From Callorhinchus milii (Eukaryota): DNA of 64,000 bases. Positions 49,515-60,694 of this stretch are shown here, piece by piece. A program made the translations under genes and the position numbers. The DNA lies in NCBI RefSeq assembly GCF_018977255.1, contig NW_024704742.1, positions 67,582,001 through 67,646,000 on the forward strand. Reading direction: 5' to 3'. The notes under the pieces were generated by a model. It did no database searches. It was not told where the DNA came from and saw only the letters and a list, made by a program, of their open reading frames with translations. The number at the start of each line of letters is the position of its first letter. Position 1 is the stretch's first letter.

Positions 49515-51330
49515 CTATCTATCATGCCCTTTGATGATCTTATAGTTTTCTATAAGATCCCCTCTAATCCTTCTATATTCTAGAGAATATAGGCTCAAAT
49601 TGCTCAGCCTATCCTCGTAACTCATCCCCTTCATCCCTGATACTAACCTAGTAAATCTACGCTGCATCCCCTCCAAGGCAAGTACATCCTTCCTTAAATA
49701 AGGAGACCAAAAATGCACACAATATTCCAGGTGTGGTCTCACCAGGGCCCTACACAGTTGCAGCAAAACTTCCCTACTCTTATACTCTAATCCTTTCATA
49801 ATGAATGCTAACATACCGTTCGCCTTCCTAATTGCTGCTGCACCTGCAGACTAACTTTCTGTGATTGGTGTACAAGGACACCCAAGTCCCTCTGGACGCT
49901 AACACATTCCTCGGAGTCCTGTAGCTCAGTGCTTAGAGCACTCGCTTTGTAAGCGAGAGACCTGAGTTCAATTCCAGGCAGAGGGCGAAACCTTGGGCAA
50001 GTTTCCTTACTCCACACAGAGCCTAATAATAATCCCTCCAAAACCAAAAACAATAATAAATTGGTCATTTTCAATCTACGACTGTTTGTGGGACATTGCT
50101 GTGTGCAATTGGCTGCCGCGTTACGTCCACAAATATACAGTCAATTCACTTTACAGTATATTCTGTGAAGCGCTTTGAGACGTTTCGATGACGTGAAAAG
50201 CGCTACATCAAATGCAAGTATTATTATTCCAATCTCTCTCCTAAAAAATAACCTGCTCTACTGTTTTTGCTACCTTGGTGGATGACTTCGCACTTCCCTA
50301 CATTATACTTCATCTGCCACCAGCTGCCCAATCACCTAACCTATCTATGACTCACTGCATTTTTTAAATGTCATCCTCTGTGTTGACACTACCTCCTAGT
50401 ATTGTGTCATCCGCGAATTTAGATATATTAACTTCGATGTCCTCATCTAGATCATTGATGTAGATGGTAAATAGCTGAGGCCCAAGGACTGATCCTTGTG
50501 GCACTCCAGTAGTCACATCCCGCCAATCTGAAAAGGACCCGTTTATCCCTACTCTTTGTTTCCTACCCGCTAACCATTCCCCACGTTAATATGCTCCCCC
50601 CAATTTCATGGGCCCTTATCTTTTGGACTAACCTTTTATGCGGCACCTTACTGAATGCCTTCTGGAAGTCCAAATAGACCACATCCACTGATTCACCCTT
50701 ATCTAGTTTACTCGAAATATCCTCAAAAAACTCTATGAGATTTGTCAAACATGACTTCCCTTTTGTAAAGCCATGTTGACTTGGCCTAATTATATTGTGC
50801 TCCCCTAAACACCGCACTATCACATCCTTAATCAATGATTCTAAATTTTTTCCTATCATTGATGTGAGACTAACTGGCCTATAATTCCCCATCTTTTCCT
50901 TTCCGCCTTTTTTAAATAGTGGTGTGACATTTGCGATCTTCCAATCCATGGGGACTGTTCCAGAATCCAAGGAATTTTGGAAGATCAGACACAAGGACTC
51001 CACTATCTCATAAGCTACCTCTTTTAAAACCCTGGGATGCAAGCCATCCTGACCAGGGGATTTGTCACTTTTTAGTGCTAACAGTTTCCGTAGCACCAAT
51101 TCTCTACCAACGAAAATTTCCCTAAGTTGCTCACTGTCCTTATATCCTTGGTGCATCTCTATTGTTGGCAGACTTGGTGTGTCTTTTAGGGTGAAGACAG
51201 ATGCAAAGTACCCATTTAGGGACTCTGCCATGTCCTTATTACAACTTCTCCCGTCTCTGACTGAAGTGGACCTACATTTATCCTCACTAGCCTATTCCTC
51301 TTAATGTATTTGTAAAACTTTTACAATCAG
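49515..51330 (-). mobile_element. CR1 LINE ORF2 fragment interrupted by a SINE at 49913-50228 (part repeated at 52029-53115)
   Basis: KSPGQDGLHPRVLKE, NYRPVSLTS, QHGFTKGKSCLTNL, YLDFQKAF, LVRPHLEYC motifs. Confidence 0.97.
49913..50228 (+). mobile_element. SINE family A, short subfamily with internal deletion, inserted into CR1
   Basis: Shares the deletion ctccacac..ctaataataatccctccaaaacc with copies at about 9872-10124 and 29180-29410; short attcc repeat at both flanks. Confidence 0.92.
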
Positions 51331-51712
51331 GGATGGGAAGCCAGTGGAGTCGAATGAGAATAGGGTTTGAGAGTCACGGAGCCTGGTGCAGGAGAGGACA
51401 TGAGTTCTGGATGATCTGCAGCCTACAGAGGGAGGAGTTGGGGAGGCCAACAAGCAAGCAGTTTGTAATAGTCAAGCCTCAAAGTAATGAATGCATGTAT
51501 GAGGGTTTCGGCAGCCTGAAGTGTGAGCCAGTGGCGGAGCCGGGAGATGTTGCAGAAGTGGGTCATGATACGGATGTAGTGTAGAAAGGATAGTTATGAG
51601 TCAAACAAGACACCAAGATTCCGGACTGGCTTAGTAAGGTGGAGTGTGCATCCATGTATGGTGATCCTATCAGCGCCTGAGGTGTGGAGGTGCTGCCGGG
51701 AGCCAATCAGCA
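51331..51712 (-). mobile_element. L2 internal fragment (repeated at 53116-53497)
   Basis: Similar to the L2 at 31380-31790. Confidence 0.85.
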
Positions 51713-51789
51713 TGATGGGCTTGGAAGGACAGAGTTTAAAACTCACAACTGTAGAACACAGCATGGTACATATGAATGAATATACTCAC

Positions 51790-51928
51790 CACTTCCTCTT
51801 TTTTGACCATAGCCTTTAACCAACTGAAATCAACACCCTTATACATAACTGCAACAAAGAGCATGTGAGGATCATAGTCATGTAAAGATTTGGGTGTTCC
51901 CTCTGGGTAGCTCATTCGTATAGTTGTT
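51790..51928 (-). other. Partial second copy of exon 53575-53761 ending at the N-gap (probable assembly artefact)
   Basis: Matches 53575-53713 at offset 1785 and runs directly into 30 Ns. Confidence 0.85.
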
Positions 51929-53574
51929 NNNNNNNNNNNNNNNNNNNNNNNNNNNNNNATCACAGATCTAACCAGAATTTATAACGGCTAAATCAGCTAA
52001 TCTGCTTAGCGCAAGGCGGGATGGTGTTAAAAATAACCTGCTCTACTGTTTTTGCTACCTTGGTGGATGACTTCGCACTTCCCTACATTATACTTCATCT
52101 GCCACCAGCTGCCCAATCACCTAACCTATCTATGACTCACTGTATTTTTTAAATGTCATCCTCTGTGTTGACACTACCTCCTAGTATTGTGTCATCCGCG
52201 AATTTAGATATATTAACTTCGATGTCCTCATCTGGATCATTGATGTAGATGGTAAATAGCTGAGGCCCAAGGACTGATCCTTGTGGCACTCCAGTAGTCA
52301 CATCCCGCCAATCTGAAAAGGACCCGTTTATCCCTACTCTTTGTTTCCTACCCGCTAACCATTCCCCACGTTAATATGCTCCCCCCAATTTCATGGGCCC
52401 TTATCTTTTGGACTAACCTTTTATGCGGCACCTTACTGAATGCCTTCTGGAAGTCCAAATAGACCACATCCACTGATTCACCCTTATCTAGTTTACTCGA
52501 AATATCCTCAAAAAACTCTATGAGATTTGTCAAACATGACTTCCCTTTTGTAAAGCCATGTTGACTTGGCCTAATTATATTGTGCTCCCCTAAACACCGC
52601 ACTATCACATCCTTAATCAATGATTCTAAATTTTTTCCTATCATTGATGTGAGACTAACTGGCCTATAATTCCCCATCTTTTCCTTTCCGCCTTTTTTAA
52701 ATAGTGGTGTGACATTTGCGATCTTCCAATCCATGGGGACTGTTCCAGAATCCAAGGAATTTTGGAAGATCAGACACAAGGACTCCACTATCTCATAAGC
52801 TACCTCTTTTAAAACCCTGGGATGCAAGCCATCCTGACCAGGGGATTTGTCACTTTTTAGTGCTAACAGTTTCCGTAGCACCAATTCTCTACCAACGAAA
52901 ATTTCCCTAAGTTGCTCACTGTCCTTATATCCTTGGTGCATCTCTATTGTTGGCAGACTTGGTGTGTCTTTTAGGGTGAAGACAGATGCAAAGTACCCAT
53001 TTAGGGACTCTGCCATGTCCTTATTACAACTTCTCCCGTCTCTGACTGAAGTGGACCTACATTTATCCTCACTAGCCTATTCCTCTTAATGTATTTGTAA
53101 AACTTTTACAATCAGGGATGGGAAGCCAGTGGAGTCGAATGAGAATAGGGTTTGAGAGTCACGGAGCCTGGTGCAGGAGAGGACATGAGTTCTGGATGAT
53201 CTGCAGCCTACAGAGGGAGGAGTTGGGGAGGCCAACAAGCAAGCAGTTTGTAATAGTCAAGCCTCAAAGTAATGAATGCATGTATGAGGGTTTCGGCAGC
53301 CTGAAGTGTGAGCCAGTGGCGGAGCCGGGAGATGTTGCAGAAGTGGGTCATGATACGGATGTAGTGTAGAAAGGATAGTTATGAGTCAAACAAGACACCA
53401 AGATTCCGGACTGGCTTAGTAAGGTGGAGTGTGCATCCATGTATGGTGATCCTATCAGCGCCTGAGGTGTGGAGGTGCTGCCGGGAGCCAATCAGCATGA
53501 TGGGCTTGGAAGGACAGAGTTTAAAACTCACAACTGTAGAACACAGCATGGTACATATGAATGAATATACTCAC

Positions 53575-53761
53575 CACTTCCTCTTTTTTGACCATAGCCT
53601 TTAACCAACTGAAATCAACACCCTTATACATAACTGCAACAAAGAGCATGTGAGGATCATAGTCATGTAAAGATTTGGGTGTTCCCTCTGGGTAGCTCAT
53701 TCGTATAGTTGTTTTGTTGCCAACATCCTGAGTAAATCCATGAATTGGTGCACTGTTCAAC
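53575..53761 (-). CDS. st3gal7: Sialyltransferase exon with second half of sialylmotif L ([28 protein letters not shown]...[11 protein letters not shown])
   Basis: 187 nt, acceptor ttcacttag, donor GTG|gtgagt. Lies in ORF 53521-53760. Phase 2 in, phase 0 out. Confidence 0.96.
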
Positions 53762-54855
53762 CTAAGTGAAAAGATGTAATCAGTTGGACAAATAAAAGCA
53801 ATACAATCAGCAAGGCAGAGGTTTCTTTGTCATGTTTATACATGTGAGTCCATGTCTGACTCGAATTGAGGTGGGAAAGAATTATAACTGCAGAGTTTGG
53901 GAAAGCCATTACATTTATCACCACATCCCAATCAGTCCTGAAGCCACTAGCTGCAGAGGAGTTACGGGTTTGAAGAACGCTCCTTGTGCATAACAGAGAA
54001 TAGAAAGATGAGAATGAAATGTGTGCGAGCTTAGCCGTTTTATGGGCTAGTCTTGTGGGCTTTAAGGTTTGCTGAGCATCTTCTATATTCTGAATCACAA
54101 TGTTGTTTTCTGGACCTGCACATTCCTAGGCTTCTGAAATAACAGTGATTAGCCTTGAACAAATCCTTTTCCAAGTATGCATCCATCAAATACCACAGAA
54201 TCATTCAAAACATTTTCCCTACAAACAATGTCAGACTTAGCCCTAGTAAATCCAGATCCATTTTGTGATCCTTTTTATATAAGCCCTATCAACCTTCAGA
54301 CATATCCTTTAAAGTTAGTGAATTTACATCTCTGAAACCTATATACATTTTAGTCTCATCTTCCATAAAATATGTTACACTTAGTTACACTACAGTTATT
54401 TTGGTCTATTTTAAGAGCACTTAACCTTTTCATAACCATGTCCTGTTTTATCACACTATCCAGCTCATTCTGCAAAGATCTTGAAATCTAATCCCCAACT
54501 TTCCCTCCTCTTCCTTACTACAGATGAACGGTGAAGAAACCATGAGATTTGGGGGAAGAAATTCCAAACAGGATGAGCCTTGCACAGTTAAGTGAGCAGA
54601 GGTTGAGGATAGCAGATGGTGGACATTTGTGTTCTAGTCTGCAATGCACACACTTGATCCAGTTAAGAGGCAAAAGGAGTCGGCATCTCTATCTCTGCAG
54701 CAGTTGCACTAAAATGGTTTTAATTAATCTTGAAACTTTGCACTTTTAGTGACAAAACTGCACCTATGCCACATCAACGCAGGTGGAAAATTATTTCAAT
54801 CAGTTGCCTCTTGCAGACGTTTGACTGTTACATAAAAATACATAAATTTCTGTAC

Positions 54856-55199
54856 CTGATGACAACATCAAATGTATTCAAATATGGTCCAAGGCCCAAT
54901 CCCCGTAGTATTCCACCACTTCCGAGGATAACACAGCGCTTGCAGGGTTTTCTTTCTAGTTCTTCTGACAATGACACTTTAGGCAGGAGGCCAATGAGTT
55001 CAGAAAACGTAAGATTATGTTTTTTGAAACCAAACGGGGGGTGGTATTTGAACACATTGCCAGTTAACCCAGAATTTCTCTTCAGGAAAGGAGATAGGTT
55101 CAAGTCATATTTGTGAGGAAACAAAATGGCCATTTTTTGATGAGCAAATGACAGGCGGCATTTTTCTCCCAACACTTTTTCAGCATATTCCTGGGCGTC
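54856..55199 (-). CDS. st3gal7: Sialyltransferase exon with first half of sialylmotif L (DAQEYA...KYHPPFGF...CKRCVILGSGGILRGLGLGPYLNTFDVVIR)
   Basis: 344 nt, acceptor gtcttgctcag, donor AG|gtacag. Lies in ORF 54828-55214. Clear GT29 sialylmotif L and the PPFGF motif of the ST3GAL3/5/7 group. Confidence 0.96.
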
Positions 55200-56776
55200 C
55201 TGAGCAAGACACAAACAGACGTATCAGTACCTGTATACAAACTGCCTTGTCTAAAGATTCTGTTACATCATGATTGCGTGAAGCTGACTGCGCAAATCAT
55301 CTCCCCTCATAATCTCCACAACAACACAGGTTAACCAGGTGGAACAGGTTAACCATCTCCTTTCATAAACCCTGCCAGTCCATTACTGAAGCTGCTACTT
55401 AATTTAAAAATCAACTATCATTCTTACATTCCTCAGGCAGTTAATTCCATTTTCTTGCTGAAAACTATCTGAAAATATCTAAATTCTCATTTTCTCCACA
55501 CTTTGATCCTAATGGGTCAAGTTGCTAGCTCTTCCCTTTGGTTCAATTTTGATGACTATGATAAGAAACCTTCCTCCATCGCTCCACTCTGTTCCATCAC
55601 TATGACTGATATGTCTGACCCTACACTGCCTGGACTGAAAAAACGCTTCTGGTGCAAAGACTATTCTCTTCAAGAGATGTGCATTCTTTTCTATTTCACT
55701 TTTAACATAACATACTATTGGCTGTAAAGTCATGGAAGTTGCGATCGACCTTCAAATTATTCATTAATGACCGTGTAGATTTGGCGTGGCTGATTCAGTT
55801 CCTGCCTAGTTTACTCTATAACTCTGTTCAGCTGATTGGTTGATGAACAGTCAGAACAAATAACATGGTGGACTGGGTCCAAAGAAGTTAGATCCTGCAT
55901 TGTAATGGAGCAGGTCAGAAAAATGGACACTGATCTGCATTTCTGGGTCATTAGGTCACCCCTGATATCACTTCCCATTGACTGAGCATGTGCACAGCAC
56001 AGAAGAAGCCAGTAACCACTTTGGCAAGTTTCCACTGGTTGGTGAGGCATTGCTGGATGTAGGAGGCCTTCTGTGGCTCTGTTCTTTCTGCAGGAAAACT
56101 GCTAAATTCTGGCCATTGTGTGATCTTCTACCAAACGATTAACAGTAGATTCCTATTAAAATGCTCCATCTTCACGATAGTTGATTGCTCGTGTTTGTGT
56201 TCTCCTTCCTCCTCAATGCACACAACTTCACTTTTCATAGCCCAATAACTGAATTATGCCCTTCAATGAGGTGAAAATTAGGCTTCTTTCCATCCCTCAG
56301 GCACTTTCTCCATCTTTCAAGTCTCAATAGCATTTATCAATTATTAGCATTGATCCTGGTCTTGACATTGTCACCCTCACTTTCTCATATCTGAAAAGGA
56401 ATTCACAACTCTCTTCGATTGTTAAAATAGTCTCCTAGAAGTTTTTCTCTTTTGTGCCAAAAAAAGTATTCTCTCTTCAACAGTTCTTAATTTTTAAAAC
56501 TTTGAATACTGCACTCATATCTGGAGAGGCTCTTGTAACACCTCACTGTCTCCTGAACAGGATGCAATAGGCTTGCCATCTGAATGATGACTCCTCACCC
56601 ACTGTCAACACTTCAGTCACCAAGGAATTCAATCCATTCCTTCCAGAAATGCTACAAAGGCTAGACTATCAGATATCTTTATTCTGTTCATCCGATCTCC
56701 TGAGGGATAGCTCTTCTTACACAGCTCCCTGAAACCGTAAAGCAATCAAGCTAACATTCATTCAGGTGTCAGGTCT

Positions 56777-57370
56777 CAGCCTGGCTCAGTCGTTAACACT
56801 CTCGCTTCTGAGTTAGAAAGATGCGAGTTCAAGTCCCATATCACGACTTTGAATTTATATAGTCCAGGCCCAGAGGTCTCCATCACAGCTAGATGGCGCT
56901 CTCGAGCATGATCAAAAAGGCAAGAGGAAGAATCGATAGAACTGTATCATCATAGAGTCCAATAACGATACTCCTGCCTCTTGTTTTTATTGAGCATGCG
57001 CAAGACACCACCTCGTGGCAATCGACCGGTTGGAGACCCCCCCCCATCTGGCTGACACTCCCAATGCTGAGGCTGCGCAGCACTGAAGGTGCCGTCCTTT
57101 GGATTAAATGATAAGTCAAAGCCCCATCTGCCTGGTCAGGTGGACATTAAAGATTCCATAGCACTATTTGAAGAGAAGGGGTCCTGGCCAACAACATTCC
57201 AAACAACAAAATTGGTCATTCACTTCATGCCTGTTTGTGGAACATTAACAATGTCAAATTGACTGCCACATTGTGTACAAAAAAGTCATCACACTTCACA
57301 GAAAATCCTGTGAAGCGCATTGAGATATCCTCCTGTTGTGAAAGGTGCTGTATCAAATGCAAGTATTATG
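56777..57370 (+). mobile_element. Deu-domain SINE (family B) split by a hAT-type MITE
   Basis: Head at 56777-56869, resumes at about 57051 (gctgacactcc); Deu core at 57088-57190. Confidence 0.85.
56871..57042. mobile_element. hAT-type MITE (about 170 bp)
   Basis: Ends cagaggtctcca / tggagacccc; internal sequence matches 60695-60780 and 62700-62781. Confidence 0.8.
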
Positions 57371-58024
57371 ATCAGTAGTAGCATTATTCAGCCCAACCAT
57401 TCAATCACCTTTGAACAGTTACTTGTGGTCCCTATACCCCCAATACTGTTTTGAAGCAATTGTTTATGCAATTCTTTTTGAAGCAATTGGGATAAATCAA
57501 TTGCTTTACACAAGATCACAAAAATCCAAAACCAGTTTGAAGAAAACCCTTCAGCCCATTAGATCTCATTCTTCCAGAACATGCACCCTACCATCCCCCC
57601 CATCAAGCTGTTTTTTTAAATGCGTGCAGTGTCCTGGCCTCAACCACCCTTCCTGACAATCTTCCCAGTTGCTGATTATCCTCTGACTAAAGAGATTACC
57701 CTCTGTTGAACCACCAATTCACAACTTTGGGGAAAAACTGCTTCTCATTTCCCACACTCCTTTGAAGCTGGTTAAAATTTGAAACCTATGTTCGAGTTCA
57801 CTGCTTGTTGTTTGTTTAAAATGTCATACTTGCATCTAAGTTTCTCAGCATAATAAATCTGATTCAGGCTTCTCCTACTCAATGAAATCCAGTTGAGCAC
57901 TGGTACTCTCTGAGCTCTAATGCCAAAAATATTTATCATCTCAAAATCCTCTCCAATGGTTCAATGTCCTATTGAAGTCAAAATTAAAAATGGTCCACAT
58001 AAGCATCCTTAACAATAATATACA

Positions 58025-59567
58025 GGTTAGTATATTATTATCTACTCCAAGACAATCTTGGAGGCCGAGAACAACCCCAGACTCCTCTTCTCCATCACCA
58101 ACCGGCTCCTCCGCCCACCCTCTCACGCCTTGCCCATCCTCACCTCCAATGCCAACTGCGAGGCGATGCTGGACTTCCTCAAATCCAAAGTCAAGGGGAT
58201 CCACTCAGCTGCTTCTGCCCTTCCATCTACTACACTCTCCCCATCTCCCCCTCTCACCCCATTCCTCCCTCCACACCTTCGAACCTGTCTCCCACTCCTC
58301 TCTCATCACCACTAAAACCCGCATGAAACCAATCATCTGCTCCCTCAACTCTATCCCTACCCCTCTCCTTACCTTCCAGCTCCACTTCCTTGCCCCTCAA
58401 CTCACAGACAATATAAACTTCTCCCTGTCCACTGGCACTGATCCCACGCATTTAAAAACAGCCACTGTCATCACTCCTATCCTTAAAAAACCCTTCATGG
58501 ACCCATCACTACTCTAAAACTACCGCCCCATCTCCAACCTCTCTTTCCTCTCCAAGTTGTTGCTTCCCAGCTTCGCTCCTTCCTCTCCTGCCACTCCTTT
58601 CTCAAACCCCTCCAATCACAGTGGCACAGAAACAGCCCTGGTCAAAGTGACAAATAATATTCTGTCCATCTGCGACCAAGGCTCCATCTGCCTCCTCATC
58701 CTCCTTGACCTCTCGGCTGCCTTCGACACTGTTGACCACTCTACCTCATCCACAGCCTCTTCTCTCACCTCAATCTTCATGGCTCTGTCCTTGAGTTGTT
58801 CAGATCGTACCTCTCACACTGCCTCCACTTCATCTCCACAAAAGATTTCTCCTCTAGCACCCACACCGCCTAATGCGGCGTTCCTCAGGGCTGTCCTTGG
58901 TCCCCTCTTCTTCAATCTCTATATGCTCCCTCTTGGTGACATCATCCGCAGACATGGGGTCAACTTCCACATGTATGCGGATGACTTCCAACTGTACCTC
59001 TTGCCTCCACCCTTAACTCCAGGGCCACTGCTGTCCTGACAGAATGTCTGTCAGACATCAAGTCAAGTCCTGGATGAGAGCTAACTTTCTTCCTCTCCCG
59101 CACCAGGTTCCGTGACCCAATCACCCCCATCCCCGCCGATTCCACTAGCTTCCCATCACACAGAGGATACAGCTCAAGATCCTGGTCCTCACCTTCAAAG
59201 CCCTCCATGGTCTTGCTCTCCCCTACCTCTGGACCTCCTAACTCCCTACAATCCTGCCCACTCCCTCCATTCAATGGGCTCCGGCCTGCTTCATGTCCCC
59301 CGCCTCTCCCACCCCACCACTGGCAGGCGGGATTTCTACTACTCTGCCCACCCTCTGGAACTCCATCATGCAGTCCCTCCACTTCACCCATGCCTCCTTC
59401 AAGACTCATGTCAAGACCCTCCTTTTAGACTGTGCTTTTCATCACCCTGCTACCCCCCTACCCTCCACCCTCCCCGATCCCGACCGCCAGCTCGGGTCCA
59501 AAACTTTGGACTGTCCAGCACCTTGGGACGTCCTCCCAACTACACAAATGTAATTTTGTTGTTGTTG
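58025..59567 (+). mobile_element. L2 element with internal deletion
   Basis: TETALVKVTNN, LLDLSAAFDTVDH and YADD motifs; jumps from the ANFL region directly to the LHWLP region near 59090. Confidence 0.95.
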
Positions 59568-60026
59568 TAGTAGACCCAAAAAAATTACAGCATGGAAAAA
59601 GGCAAATTCAAATTTGGTAACAGCAGTGGGGAAGATGCTATCAGCACAGAATTGATATTTTGAATAGTCTTTCTGTGCTATAAATTCTGATTCTATGTGT
59701 CTTTTTTGAACACTGAATATATACGCTGCCTTAGAACAGAAGCTATTTGTAACAACTTAGAGCAAAGTGCGAGGTCATGTTGAACAAATGTTTGTGCAGA
59801 CCTGTATAAAGCAGGTTACGGAATGGTTGTGGTTTGCCCTTTCTAGGCTTATGGGTATGATGTATGTAATGTATACACATTTGCAATTGAAGACAAGTTA
59901 GCAATTTGTATTTATATAGTGCCCTTCACATAGGATGTTGTCAGTGGCTTCATACATAACGTCAAATTCAAATAAATTAAAAACATACAAATAAGAGACA
60001 ATTGTAAAATAAATAAAAGCTCAAAC

Positions 60027-60147
60027 CTTTATTTTCTCAGGATCCACCACATACGAATTCCATATATCATCTTTCGGATTGTGCTGGTTTAAAAAGCGAT
60101 GGAAAATTGCAAGGACACCTAAACACACCATCATCAGGCCCACAAGC
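60027..60147 (-). CDS. st3gal7: Sialyltransferase exon: type II transmembrane anchor and stem (LVGLMMVCLGVLAIFHRFLNQHNPKDDIWNSYVVDPEKIK)
   Basis: 121 nt. Acceptor gtttcccttttag, donor AAG|gtttga. Hydrophobic stretch followed by YVVDPEKIK, which aligns with YVDPDHVK of human ST3GAL5. Phase 0 joins the next exon. Confidence 0.88.
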
Positions 60148-60694
60148 CTAAAAGGGAAACCATAATGATTTAACAATAGTTATGTACAAAGTCCTAAGTG
60201 ATTTCAATTCTCACCAATGCAGAATTTCTTTAGTACAAAAATGATACAGAATAGAATCAGAATTTACTGCACAGGAAAGCAATTCAGATCATCAAGCCCA
60301 TGCTGGTACCATTTTTCCATTGCTCCAATCCCAATTTCCCCATTCCCTCTGTATACCCTTTGTATATTATTTCTCTTCAAATGTTCATTTAATTCTCTCT
60401 CAACTTTTACGGTTTGCTTGTGGTAAATCAATCCTCGTTCTAACTACCTACCCTCCATGTGAGAAACTGATTTCTAACCTCCTCATTGCTTCCAGTGACA
60501 ATCTTAAAGTTATGACAATTACTCTTTTACCAATTTACTAACCGATGGAAACATTATTTCACTGTTATCCTCTTGAAAAAAATTCAGATAAAGAAATTGC
60601 TCCTTTCAGCAATCAGAGCAAAATAGAATCCTTAACTCACAAATCAATTGAATTCAGATCCCGAGAAATCATGCTCAAAGTGCTCTATTTAGAG

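Larger units (their letters stand above)
50244..53713. repeat. Near-perfect direct duplication (50244-51928 vs 52029-53713) flanking a 30-N gap at 51929-51958
   Basis: The ORF track repeats identically at offset 1785. Two substitutions were seen by eye (tgcat/tgtat and tctag/tctgg). Confidence 0.95.

Noticed and set aside
51790..51928. Tandem exon duplication or mutually exclusive exons in the sialyltransferase
   Set aside because: The copy is incomplete, identical to the full exon and ends at an N-gap; best explained as an assembly overlap.
50563..53016. Two identical 222-aa reverse-transcriptase ORFs suggesting an active element or a novel RT system
   Set aside because: A truncated, frameshifted CR1 ORF2 fragment, doubled only by the gap-flanking duplication.
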